DNA from: Trueperaceae bacterium
GTDB lineage: Bacteria > Deinococcota > Deinococci > Deinococcales > Trueperaceae
Assembly: GCA_965213925.1 (NCBI GenBank)
Contig: OZ243927.1
Span: 1,568,001-1,632,000, forward strand
DNA: 64,000 nucleotides
Direction of reading: 5' to 3'
In this document: positions 9,550 through 19,497 of the stretch, piece by piece
Layout: every line of letters starts with the position of its first letter
Numbering within the stretch: the first letter of the stretch is position 1
Notes under the pieces: model-generated
Database searches by the model: none
Seen by the model: the letters and a program-made list of their open reading frames with translations, nothing else
Told to the model about the DNA's origin: nothing
Position numbers and translations under genes: made by a program

Positions 9550-10644
9550 TTACTCCTCTTTATCCTCTTCCTCGGTAGGCCACACTGGATTCTTCGTAAA
9601 GACAATCGGGTCAACCTCATCAAACCCAATCTCCGCTTCGTACTTGCCGATCTTCCGGTAAAGCCGCTTTACATCACCTTCGATAAGCCCGTAGTCGAAG
9701 GTGTCCCAGAGGGCGGACTGCTGCATGTTGCCGTCCGTCGTGGGGACGAGACGGGTACGTTTGATGCCAGCCTCGAGCGTCTTACGGCTCTCCACCCCTA
9801 AGTTTCTAAAGACGACTTGCACCACGTCTCGAGCATATTCACGCGGACCGTAGACGCCGCCCCGGTAGACCGCCTCGAAAAAGGCGTCCCAGTCGGGGAC
9901 GAGTTTGGAAGCGGGCATGGTGAAGTGCTCCAGCACGTCCTTAATCGCCTCTAGGGTGCGCTGCGGATAGTAGTACATGAAGAGCCGCACGCCCTCTAAG
10001 AAGAAGTTATAGTGCGCCGCTTCGTCCACGGCGATGGTCTGCGCGACTTTGGTGAGCACGGGGTCGGCGTCGTTCTTGTGCTGCTCTTTGTCCGACTTGC
10101 CCTGCGCAATCTTCATCGCGTTGAGGTAGTTGAGCTGCGTGGCGCGTTCCTGAAAGACGGTGTAGACGAGGTTGCGCAGCGGGTCGTCCCAGGGCTCGTG
10201 CCACTCCTTTAAGCGGAGGTCGTACTTGTACTCTTCCAACCACTGCGGGCTGCGGCTGCGCGAGAAGAGCACGGCGTTCTCCCAGGTGTCGGCGTGCTTC
10301 TCCTCTTCGGAGCCCCAACGCATCTGAAAGTGGCTGCGCCCGTGGCTGCGGCGCACCATGTTCAAAATCTTCTCGGTGAAGTCGGGCGCGTACTGCTCGA
10401 CAGCAAAGAACCCTTGAAGAATCTGCACCATCGGCTCGGAGAGGTCGTGACGCATCTTGCGCCATTCGAAGGAGCGGTCCGCGTTCCAGTTGCGCGTCTC
10501 TTGGCTGCGGGCGGTGTACCAGCGGTAGAGCCCTAAAAAGCCGCGCTCGATGAGGCGGTCACGCTCCATGCGCGAGAGCAGGTTGGGTTGGGTGCGCGGC
10601 TTGTCGTCGTCCCAAAGGTAAGATGGCGGTACGGTGATGTCCAT
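9550..10644 (-). CDS. Acyl-ACP desaturase-like ferritin-fold diiron protein
   Basis: W..EEEKH, YTVFQERAT, IAVDEAAH, F.MP motifs; RBS AGGAG. Confidence 0.85.
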   Translation of the reverse strand: MDITVPPSYLWDDDKPRTQPNLLSRMERDRLIERGFLGLYRWYTARSQETRNWNADRSFEWRKMRHDLSEPMVQILQGFFAVEQYAPDFTEKILNMVRRSHGRSHFQMRWGSEEEKHADTWENAVLFSRSRSPQWLEEYKYDLRLKEWHEPWDDPLRNLVYTVFQERATQLNYLNAMKIAQGKSDKEQHKNDADPVLTKVAQTIAVDEAAHYNFFLEGVRLFMYYYPQRTLEAIKDVLEHFTMPASKLVPDWDAFFEAVYRGGVYGPREYARDVVQVVFRNLGVESRKTLEAGIKRTRLVPTTDGNMQQSALWDTFDYGLIEGDVKRLYRKIGKYEAEIGFDEVDPIVFTKNPVWPTEEEDKEE

Positions 10645-10942
10645 GAAGATGCTCCTAGCTACTGATTCGCAGTTTGTCGGGGTACATGTCCTTTGTTGGG
10701 ACACATGTCTAAAGAGGTAATCTCTACCAAAGTAGTGTAGTTTAACCCACATCGGCATGAAAAGTGGGGGGAATACCTTACACAAACCCGATCTTTAGGC
10801 ATTTATTTACGCAAAAACCAGTACATTCGTATGCGATTTTTAGTATGTCCGTAAGGTATTTGCAGCGAGCTAGCAAGAGGTGGTTTACAAGTCCTTTGCT
10901 CGAGCTTTTTCCAGGGATTGATGCTCGAGCCCCCACCAAAAC

Positions 10943-12044
10943 TCAAGCAGACCTCTCGTAAACTCGCCTAATTCTAGGTCCGAGCCGCGTGAGAAGTTCG
11001 TAGGAAATCGTGTCAACCATCCCCGCCAAGTCCTCCGCGTTTTGCCCGTTCGGACCGAAAAGCGTCACGCTCTCACCTTGCTGAACGTCTAAGTCACCGA
11101 CATCAACCATAATCTGGTCCATACAGACGCGCCCCGCAAGAGGTCTTTTCTCACCCTGCACCGTGACGCAAAGCTGTCCGCTCAGGGCGCGGAAGAGCCC
11201 GTCGCCGTAACCTAAGCGAACCGTAGCGACTTTCGTATTGTATGACGCCGTCCAGGTCGCACCATAAGAAACGGACGTACCCGCTTTGACCTCTTTTACA
11301 AAGGTGATAGGTGCGGTGAGCGTCAAGGCGGGTTTGAGGTGAGGCTCGAGTTTCTCAATCACCGGGCTCGAGTGATACCCATAGACCGCAATCCCAGGGC
11401 GCACCAGATCGAAGTGAGCTTCAGGATAAGCGATGAGCCCGGCGGAGTTGGCAGTGTGTTTGAGAGGTATGGAGATGCTCTCGTGCTCGAGCTTTTCCAA
11501 CACCTCTCCATACTGCGCTATCTGCTGATTCGTGTACGCTCGCTCAGCTTCGTCGGCACAGGCAAAGTGGGTCCAGACTGCTTCCAACTCGACCTCTTTA
11601 GCAGCGTCAACCTCTTTCGCCAGTACCACAACCTCTTGCGGCGGCGGTCCTAAGCGCCCCATACCCGTGTCTACTTTGAGGTGGGCTCGAGCCTTCTTCC
11701 CGACCTCTTGCGCCGCCTTCGCTGCCGCTCGAAGACTTCTCTCGTCTACAATCGTCAAGGCGACATCCGCATCTACAAGGTCATTCACACCGTCATAAAC
11801 CGGAATGAAGATGAGGATATTCGCACTTACCCCGCACTGCGAAGCTCCAACGCCTCTTCCCGCGTCGCCACACCGAGCCACGTCACGCCGGATCTTCTCC
11901 AGATGCTTCGCCACCTCAACCGCGCCGTGACCGTAGGCATTCGCTTTGACAGCGGTCAACATGCGCGTTTCGGGTTTGTAGGTAGCTTTTGAGCCTCGAG
12001 AGGTTATGGCTGATGGCGCTGAGGTCAACGGTGGCAGTGGGCAT
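10943..12044 (-). CDS. alr: Alanine racemase; three small indels (near 11978, 11890, 11832)
   Basis: AVKANAYGHG, HLKVDTGMGR, GYGDG, GRVCMDQ. The N-terminus MPTATVDLSAISHN and the segment GVTWLGVATREEALELR lie in shifted frames; TAAAAT 6 nt before ATG 12044. Confidence 0.9.
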
Positions 12045-12067
12045 GGTGCTATTTTACCTCTTGCTCA

Positions 12068-12120
12068 AACGAAAAGAAGCAGGAAGGGGCGTCTCTCGTT
12101 CTCACGCCTTACTTCCTGCT
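12068..12120 (-). terminator. Intrinsic terminator after the betaine SBP
   Basis: AGCAGGAAG...CTTCCTGCT stem then TCTTTT on the minus strand. Confidence 0.65.
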
Positions 12121-12152
12121 CCTCCCGACGGCTTATCTGTCAGAAGTTTCGG

Positions 12153-13070
12153 CTAGTTGGAACCGAAAGCCGACTCGAGCGCCGCCCCCGCTGGCTCCCC
12201 GTCCGCTGTCGTCACGCCTTCGACCCACGTCATCACCGTATCCATATTCGCGGCAATCCACTCGTTCGCGACGGTGTCGGGGTCCATCTCTTGACGGCTG
12301 TACTGGTCGATCCAGGTGTTTTGCGTTTCGGGGTCCACTTTGAACTGGCTGAAAAAGGTCTCGAGGTTGGCGTTCTCTTCGGCGAATCCTGCGTTGAGTG
12401 CCGTCGCTACGAAACCGTCCTCACCCCATACGTTCTCGGGGTCATCCAAGTACGTGATGTCGTAGACGTTGTTCATCCAGTGCGGGCTCCACGCTAAAAA
12501 GGCGATAGGCTCTTCTCGCTCGATGGCGCGTCCGACAGCGGAGAGCATCCCCTCAGTCGAGCTTTCGACGATTTCGAAGTCGCTAAAGCCGTAGGTATCG
12601 TTCTCGATCATGTCTAAGATGATGGTGTTGCCGTCGTTGCCCGGCTCGATGCCGTAGAGTTCACTGTTGAACATCTCCGGGTTTTCAGCGACATCCGCGA
12701 GCGAACTGATGCCCTGCTCGGCGACGTAGGTTGGGACGGCAGGGCGGTAGATGGTCGGCGCTAAATTCTGCGCGGTGAGCGTGATGCTGCCGTCGCCCGC
12801 GTCGGCGGTGTAGGACTCGATCATCCCGTTCATGCTGGGTCGCCAGACGCCTAAGAACACGTCCAAGTCGCCCTCGGACACGCCTTGGAGGATGATGGGC
12901 ACGCTCAGAGATTCCGTGCTCGTGTCGTAACCAAGCGCATCTAAGATATTTGCGGCAACTTGCGTTTTGACGGTGACGCCGGGCCACTCGACGTAGCCGA
13001 AATCGACGCTTTGGGCTGCGCCGAATGAGAGAAGAAGCGTCGTTGCGAGGACTAAAAGGGATCGAATCAT
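12153..13070 (-). CDS. proX: Glycine betaine/choline ABC transporter substrate-binding protein (OpuAC/ProX family)
   Basis: Signal peptide; GDLDVFLGVW.P, YGIEPGNDGN, WSPHWMN; RBS AAGGAG. Confidence 0.88.
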   Translation of the reverse strand: MIRSLLVLATTLLLSFGAAQSVDFGYVEWPGVTVKTQVAANILDALGYDTSTESLSVPIILQGVSEGDLDVFLGVWRPSMNGMIESYTADAGDGSITLTAQNLAPTIYRPAVPTYVAEQGISSLADVAENPEMFNSELYGIEPGNDGNTIILDMIENDTYGFSDFEIVESSTEGMLSAVGRAIEREEPIAFLAWSPHWMNNVYDITYLDDPENVWGEDGFVATALNAGFAEENANLETFFSQFKVDPETQNTWIDQYSRQEMDPDTVANEWIAANMDTVMTWVEGVTTADGEPAGAALESAFGSN

Positions 13071-13355
13071 CGGGCTCTCCTTTACGAAGGTCACTCAAAA
13101 GATTGAGGGCTCGAGCGTCACGGCGTCTGTTATATCGTTGTGAGCCAGACGTGCATACGCAAGGTGCACGTGGCGCAAGCTCGAGGCACCTCTTCACTGT
13201 TCAACTGTTCGGACGCGGCACCGTGATACGTTAGAGTAACACGTAGCAGGCAAGCGTTGCGCAAGTGTTGCCAGAGTATTACAGCGAGAGTATTACAGCG
13301 GGTTGCAGCGGCTGAGCTGCAACCTTCTAAGCGCAGACCAAGGAGGCTCGAGCCC

Positions 13356-14222
13356 ATGTCTACTCAATCTAATCAAGCCTGGTGGGAAACCTGGTGGGAG
13401 CGCGGCGTGCCTATAGGCGATTGGGTCGAGACGGGCGTGGAGTCGCTCTCCTCGAACTTTCCGGGCGTGTTCGACGGTTTCAGTGCGGGGGTGTTATGGG
13501 TGGTTGAGGGGTTGATAGGAGGATTGGAATGGCTCCACTTCAGCGTCCTCATAGCCGCGTTCGCCGCGCTCGCTTTCTGGCTGAGCGGCTGGCGCACTGC
13601 GCTTTTTAGTGTGTTGGGGCTACTTCTCATTGTGAATATCGACCTGTGGGAATCGTTTGTCAGCACGCTCGCGCTCGTTGTCGCCGCCGAAGTTTTCGTT
13701 GTGCTCTTAGGGTTGCCGCTAGGTATTCTAGCGGGCACGAGTACGATAGTTGAGCGCCTCACCAAGCCTGTCTTAGACTTTATGCAGACCATGCCCGCGT
13801 TCGTCTATCTAATTCCCTCCATCGTTTTTTTTGGCATCGGCATCGTACCGGGTATCGTCTCCACCGTGATCTTTGCCTTGCCCCCGCTCATTCGTCTAAC
13901 CAGTTTAGGCATCCAACAGGTTCCCCACGACCTCATCGAAGCGTCTAAGGCGTTCGGCTCGACGAAGCGGCAGATGCTCTTTAAGGTGCAGATTCCCACG
14001 GCGACGCCGAGCATCTTGGCGGGGCTCAACCAGTCGATCATGTTAGGGCTTTCGATGGTCGTCATCGCGGCTTTGGTCGGCGCGAGTGGGTTAGGCTCGG
14101 AAGTCTTGCGCGGGGTGAATACGCTCGATATCAGCCTTGGGTTCGAGGCGGGCTTGGCGATTGTCATCATGGCGATTGTCTTAGACCGCATCACACAGGG
14201 CTTGGGTGGAAAGCGGCGTTAG
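13356..14222 (+). CDS. proW: Glycine betaine/proline ABC transporter permease
   Basis: PVLDFMQTMPAFVYLIP, EAA-loop LIEASKAFG, GLSMVVIA; RBS AAGGAGG. Confidence 0.92.
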   Translation: MSTQSNQAWWETWWERGVPIGDWVETGVESLSSNFPGVFDGFSAGVLWVVEGLIGGLEWLHFSVLIAAFAALAFWLSGWRTALFSVLGLLLIVNIDLWESFVSTLALVVAAEVFVVLLGLPLGILAGTSTIVERLTKPVLDFMQTMPAFVYLIPSIVFFGIGIVPGIVSTVIFALPPLIRLTSLGIQQVPHDLIEASKAFGSTKRQMLFKVQIPTATPSILAGLNQSIMLGLSMVVIAALVGASGLGSEVLRGVNTLDISLGFEAGLAIVIMAIVLDRITQGLGGKRR

Positions 14223-14251
14223 GGACGCCCTGCGTCTGATAGTTTAGGAGT

Positions 14252-15103
14252 ATGGCAGCTCTACCCGCCTCATTCAGAAGTACCTTAGAAGATGTTCTAA
14301 AAACACCTCAGTCTCTCGTCCCACTTCTCTGCCTGCTCGTCACTTCGGTTGCGTGGACTGCGTTCAGCTCTTTCGGTTTCGGTGCTTACAGCGTCGGCGG
14401 GCTCTTCGCCGCGGGGTTCGCCGTCTCACTCCTGCGCGAATCACCAGATCGCGCCCTGCGCTACCTCGCTCTCGCCGCGTCCGTCGCCGTGCTCGGCGCT
14501 GCGCCCATCAACACGGATACGAGTAACGAACACGTCCTCATCTTAGGAACTGCTTTTCTTCTCGCCATCGTGCTACCAACGCTCATTCTCTGGCGACGTA
14601 AACCGCGTGTCATAACCTTTAAGCTCTTTCCCGACGAGTTCGATTGGGTGGAGGTCTTTTACACACTTCTAGCCATACCGCTCGCCTGGGGCGTCTTTCA
14701 GCTCTACTTCTTTGTGTGGAGTCCCGAAGTTCCTTTTAACTGGACGTTGCCACCCGAACCACAAACCGAACCTCTCTTGCGGCTGTTTCTAGGCATCAAC
14801 GCGGTAGGGATTTGGGACGAACTCTTCTTTATTAACATCTCTTACGCGATTATCCGCTCGCTCTTCCCGTACCTCACGGCGAACTTAGCGCAGAGCGTCA
14901 TCTACACGACGGTGCTCTGGACGATGGCGTTTAGGGGCGTCGGACCTCTTCTCGTTTACATTTTCGCCTTTACGCAAGGGGCGATGTATGAGCGCTCTAA
15001 GTCGCTCCTCTGGGTCTTGATCGTCCACCTCATCGTGGACTACTTCCTCTTCCAAGCGATTGTTAGCGCGTACTATCCAGATTTTGAGGTGTGGTGGCAT
15101 TGA
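14252..15103 (+). CDS. CPBP-family intramembrane glutamic endopeptidase-like protein
   Basis: Multi-TM; WDELFF and ERSKSL...VHLIVD motifs. Confidence 0.75.
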   Translation: MAALPASFRSTLEDVLKTPQSLVPLLCLLVTSVAWTAFSSFGFGAYSVGGLFAAGFAVSLLRESPDRALRYLALAASVAVLGAAPINTDTSNEHVLILGTAFLLAIVLPTLILWRRKPRVITFKLFPDEFDWVEVFYTLLAIPLAWGVFQLYFFVWSPEVPFNWTLPPEPQTEPLLRLFLGINAVGIWDELFFINISYAIIRSLFPYLTANLAQSVIYTTVLWTMAFRGVGPLLVYIFAFTQGAMYERSKSLLWVLIVHLIVDYFLFQAIVSAYYPDFEVWWH

Positions 15104-15342
15104 CGCATCATCTAGTAGACCACGCTGGAAAAGCCACAGAAGGAGGCAAATACAGTAGGAGTACGTAGTTGACTACCGTATGAATCACCCCTACGCCGCG
15201 CACACCCTCACTAAGAATGATAATTGTGCAACATACAAAGAGGTTGAGCAATCTGCCTAGAAACGCTATCTGTCAATGTGGCATCACCAAAGTTTTCACA
15301 TTCAAAGATGATATCTGCGCCGTTCAAAGCCAGTTATGGTGC

Positions 15343-16749
15343 TCAGCCGAGCGCGGGCTCGAGTTTTTCTTGTTGTGCTTGCTTAGTTTGCTCGAGTACG
15401 GGTCTTTTCGTGAGCATACCCAAGAAAATCTCCGTAATCTCCGGGTCGAACTCCGTACCGGCGCGTTCGCGTAAATAGGCGATGACCTTGTCTTGTGACC
15501 AGGCGCGGCGGTACGGGCGGTCGTATGAAAGCGCGTCCCACACGTCTACAAGGCTGAAAATTCGCGCGGCGAGCGGAATTGCCTCACCTTTAAGCCCGCG
15601 CGGATAGCCCGAACCGTCCCACTTTTCGTGGTGGCAGTAGGGAATCTCTAAGGCGGGGCGTAAAAAGGTGATAGGGGAGAGCATGGTGAGCGCGTGGCTC
15701 GGGTGCTCGCGCATCGCTTCCCACTCGAGGGGGCTAAGTTTACCCGGTTTGAGCAGGATATAGTCAGGCACGCCCATCTTGCCGATGTCGTGCAGGAGTG
15801 CGCCACGCCGAATGTGCACGAGCGCTTCGTCGTCGACGCCTACGAGCCTGGCTAAACGCACCGTCATGTCGGTGACGCGGCGCGTGTGCCCTTCGGTCTC
15901 TTTATCGCGCAGTTCCAGAGCCCGCGCCCAGCCCTCGATGGTGGTGTCGTAAGCGAGGCGCAACTCCGTGTTTGAGCGGCGCAGGTGCGCTTCGGTGAGC
16001 TTGCGCTGGGTAGTGTCGCGAATGATGAGCTGGGCAGCGGGAGCGCCGCTCCAGTTCGAATGTGCGCCGTGCACTTCGACGTGGACGTGTGCGCCGCTCG
16101 GCTTGAGAAGCGTGGTCTCAAAGCGCACCTGCGTGGTGGGGAACTTGAAAAGCTCTAAGAGTTTCGCGCGGCAGTGGTTCAGCTCGGCGGGCAGCACAAA
16201 GCGGCCTAACCCCTCTTGGCTCCTATACTCGTCGTCAATACCTAACAGGCGGAACATCGCTGGGTTGATAAGTCGAATCTGCTGGTTGCTGTCTACAATG
16301 ATGATGCCGTCCGGCGAGAGGTCGATAAGTTCGCCGAAGCGCGAGCGTTCGGCGTGGAGACGGCGCGAATGATTCAAGCGTGTCAGCGCCCCGACGCGCC
16401 GCCGCAGCAGCGCGGGGTGAAAGGGCTTAGCAATAAAGTCGTCCGCGCCCGCCTCGAAACCCTTGTCTCGAGAGCGCTCGTCGTCCTCGGACGTGACGAT
16501 GACGATAGGTGTCTCTTCGAAAGCCGGGTTAGCGCGTAAGCGGCGACATACGTCGAACCCGCTCAAGCCCGGCATGTTGATATCCAATAAGATAAGATCA
16601 GGGTTGAGTTCAGACGCGCGCTCTAAAGCGTCTAGACCATTTTGCGCCGTAGCAAGATTTAGGTCTAAAGGACCCAGCAGCCGTTTGATCAGCTCGCGCA
16701 TAGAGGTCTGATTATCGACGATGAGGACGGTAGCGCGTTTCGAAGTCAA
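15343..16749 (-). CDS. REC-PAS-HD-GYP cyclic-di-GMP phosphodiesterase
   Basis: DLILLDINMPG receiver; PAS; HDIGK and HHEKWDGSGYP. Confidence 0.93.
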   Translation of the reverse strand: MTSKRATVLIVDNQTSMRELIKRLLGPLDLNLATAQNGLDALERASELNPDLILLDINMPGLSGFDVCRRLRANPAFEETPIVIVTSEDDERSRDKGFEAGADDFIAKPFHPALLRRRVGALTRLNHSRRLHAERSRFGELIDLSPDGIIIVDSNQQIRLINPAMFRLLGIDDEYRSQEGLGRFVLPAELNHCRAKLLELFKFPTTQVRFETTLLKPSGAHVHVEVHGAHSNWSGAPAAQLIIRDTTQRKLTEAHLRRSNTELRLAYDTTIEGWARALELRDKETEGHTRRVTDMTVRLARLVGVDDEALVHIRRGALLHDIGKMGVPDYILLKPGKLSPLEWEAMREHPSHALTMLSPITFLRPALEIPYCHHEKWDGSGYPRGLKGEAIPLAARIFSLVDVWDALSYDRPYRRAWSQDKVIAYLRERAGTEFDPEITEIFLGMLTKRPVLEQTKQAQQEKLEPALG

Positions 16750-16847
16750 CGCTGAACTCCCTTACGGTAGTGCGTGTGGCGGCGAGTAGGAGAGGCGTCG
16801 TGAGTCAGCATAACGTTCACTATAGGGAAGATGATCTAACAAGATTC

Positions 16848-17380
16848 TTACCCGCTGACCTCTCTCACCCAGCCACTTTCGACCTTGCGCTCCGGGTCGC
16901 CGATGAGGGTGAACGCCGCCCAGTGGTAAGGGTTGGGGTGCTCGGCGCGTACGGCGAATGGTGCCGCACCTCGGCGGGCGTGGCGATGTCGGTGACGGCG
17001 CACTTCCCCTCTTGTCCTTAGCTTCACCGTTTCGCCTTAAGGCAAGCTGCGCCTCCGCTAATGTCACGAGTCCAAACGCAACGCCCGAAAGCACTCCCGC
17101 CCCTTCTAGCGTCGCAACTCCGCCCTGAGCAAGTGCCGCCGCCTCGAGATACGAGGTTTTCGCCTCCTCGTCTTCTAAAGCTTCTGCGATGTTGAGGTGC
17201 AAGTTGGCGATGTAAAGCTCGACTGACGCCGCCTGGGTCGGGTTGCTTAGCTCGAGCCAGGTCGAACGCGCTGCGCTCAGCGCCTCCAACGCTTCACTAT
17301 TACGCGCACCGTGCCGAGCACCACGAGCGCCTCGACCTGCGTGCGAGGGAGCGCTGTTTCTAGCAGTGTTTCTACAAATC
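16848..17380 (-). pseudogene. Decayed TPR-CHAT protein remnant
   Basis: TPR-like helical fragments in shifting frames, then HPNPYHWAAFTLIGDP (CHAT C-terminal motif) ending at stop 16848; catalytic core absent. Confidence 0.7.
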
Positions 17381-17483
17381 ATGATGACGTAGTGGCGGCG
17401 CGACAACCGTAAAAAGTTCTGTCCGCGCTTCGCTAAATGTCAAGAGTAAGAATCTTGTAACAGCCCATCCGTAGACTGAGGCT

Positions 17484-17597
17484 ATGTCTTCGTTTTTGCG
17501 CTATGTATTTAACTATCTATCGGGCACGCCCCCCGCTTTGATGCGTGCCAAAAGGTCCCAACGACCCCCGAAGGTCGCCCAAGGGATACGCCTATGA
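17484..17597 (+). CDS. Possible leaderless 37-aa uORF overlapping the GGDEF-EAL start
   Basis: TAGACT 6 nt before ATG 17484; its TGA overlaps ATG 17594 (ATGA). Confidence 0.35.
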   Translation: MSSFLRYVFNYLSGTPPALMRAKRSQRPPKVAQGIRL

Positions 17598-19336
17598 GCC
17601 TCGAGCGACCCGAATCCCGAAACGATGTCGAGGCGTTGCGCGAGGCGCTGACCCAGGCTGAGCGAGCTTTGCAGGAGAGCGAGGCGCGTTACGCGCTCGC
17701 CGCCGCCGCGATGAACGACGGACTGTGGGACTGGAATCTGCAGACGGGTGAGGTCTTTTATTCGCCGCGCTGGCAGGCGCTGCTAGGTCTCGAGGAGCCC
17801 ATCACGAACGGCACGTCGAACGATTGGCTAGGGCGGATTCATCCGCTCGACCGTGAGCGCGTCAGGGCGCAACTCAACGCGCACTTGGCGGACAACATCC
17901 CCGTATTCGAGTGCGAGCACCGCGTGTTGCACCGAGACGGGCGCTACCACTGGATGATGAGCCGCGGGCTCGCCGTGCGCGACGAAACGGGCAGGGCGTT
18001 GCGCGTCGCGGGCTCCTTGACAAGCATCGCGCAGCAAGGGGTCTGCGACGCGCTGACCGGGCTGCCTAACCGGGCCTTGCTCCTAGACCGCCTGCGTCAA
18101 GCGTTCGAGAAGTACCAGCGCGACCCGTCGCAGACCTTCGCCGTACTCTTCATGGACCTCAACCGCTTCAAAGTCATCAACGACAGTTTGGGACACCAGG
18201 TGGGCGATTTGCTCCTCATTGAACTCGCCAAGCGCTTGCAGCTCTGCGTGCGCAGCGCGGACACGGTGGCGCGTCTAGGCGGGGACGAGTTCGTGATTCT
18301 GCTCGAGAACCTAGACGGACCTCATAGCGTCATGCAGGTGATCGACCGCATCGGGCGCTACACCGCGACGACCTTTAGCCTAGACGGACATCAGGTGGCG
18401 AGCAGCACGAGCATCGGCGTGGTGATGGACATTCAGCACTACGTCTCCACCGACGACATCCTGCGCGACGCCGACATCGCGATGTACCACGCGAAGAGCC
18501 GTAAAAATCCCTATGCGCGCTTCGACAAGCGGATGTTTGAGCGCGTCGCGTCGCGGCAGCAGACCGAGATGGAGCTTCGCTCGGCGCTAGAGCGCGGTGA
18601 ACTCTTCTTGATGTACCAGCCCATCGTCTCCTTGAAGGACGGTGAGGTGAGCGGCTTCGAGGCGTTGGTGCGCTGGCAGCACCCGCGCCGAGGGCTCGTC
18701 TCGCCGACCGAGTTTATCGCCCTCGCCGAAGAGACGGGGCTCATCGGCGCGATCGGTGAGTGGGTCTTGAGCGAAGCCTGCGCCCAGATGAGCTTGTGGC
18801 AGCGCACGCAGAAGGACCCGCCTCTCACGATTAGCGTCAACTTGTCGAGCAAGCAGTTCATGCAGCCCGACCTCGTGAAGCGGGTGGCGGCGATTTTGCG
18901 CGACACCGGCTTAGCGCCGCGCTATCTCAAGCTCGAGATCACCGAAAGTGCCGTGATGGAAGACCCCGCCCTCGCGGTCGAGGTGCTCAGCGCGCTTAGG
19001 GATTTAGGCGTGCGCATCGCGATGGACGACTTCGGCACGGGCTACTCGTCGCTCTCGTACATCCACAGCTTGCCGCTCGACACGCTCAAAATAGACCAGT
19101 CGTTCGTCAACCGGATGAAGAGCGACCCTAGAAGCTTAGAGATCGTGAGAACGGTGGTGAATTTAGCGCAAAACCTGAATCTGGACGTGGTCTCCGAAGG
19201 GGTCGAGTCGGCTGAACAGGCGACGATTTTAGGAACGCTCCACTGCCGCTACGCGCAGGGTTACTACTTCTCCAAACCGCTCATCGAAAGGGAGGTTTTA
19301 GAACTTCTTAGCGCCCCTGTTGCTGAGGTGTGCTAG
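17594..19336 (+). CDS. PAS-GGDEF-EAL diguanylate cyclase/phosphodiesterase
   Basis: PAS_3-like, DALTGLPNR, RLGGDEF, FEALVRW, DDFGTGYSSL. Confidence 0.95.
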   Translation: MSLERPESRNDVEALREALTQAERALQESEARYALAAAAMNDGLWDWNLQTGEVFYSPRWQALLGLEEPITNGTSNDWLGRIHPLDRERVRAQLNAHLADNIPVFECEHRVLHRDGRYHWMMSRGLAVRDETGRALRVAGSLTSIAQQGVCDALTGLPNRALLLDRLRQAFEKYQRDPSQTFAVLFMDLNRFKVINDSLGHQVGDLLLIELAKRLQLCVRSADTVARLGGDEFVILLENLDGPHSVMQVIDRIGRYTATTFSLDGHQVASSTSIGVVMDIQHYVSTDDILRDADIAMYHAKSRKNPYARFDKRMFERVASRQQTEMELRSALERGELFLMYQPIVSLKDGEVSGFEALVRWQHPRRGLVSPTEFIALAEETGLIGAIGEWVLSEACAQMSLWQRTQKDPPLTISVNLSSKQFMQPDLVKRVAAILRDTGLAPRYLKLEITESAVMEDPALAVEVLSALRDLGVRIAMDDFGTGYSSLSYIHSLPLDTLKIDQSFVNRMKSDPRSLEIVRTVVNLAQNLNLDVVSEGVESAEQATILGTLHCRYAQGYYFSKPLIEREVLELLSAPVAEVC

Positions 19337-19417
19337 ATGCGGGGTGCGCTGCATCCGAGAAAGAAGGAGCAAGAAAGGTTAGCTGACAGAGGAGCAAGCA
19401 GCGCGTTTCTAAAACGC

Positions 19418-19444
19418 CAACAGGGGGTCGCACACCCCTTGTTG
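19418..19444. repeat. REP-like hairpin CAACAGGGG...CCCCTTGTTG between convergent genes
   Basis: Imperfect palindrome similar to 7221-7242. Confidence 0.5.
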
Positions 19445-19497
19445 TAAGGTGAGACGGAGCGCTGAGTTTGACTACGTACGCTCAGGTTAGAAGAGGG

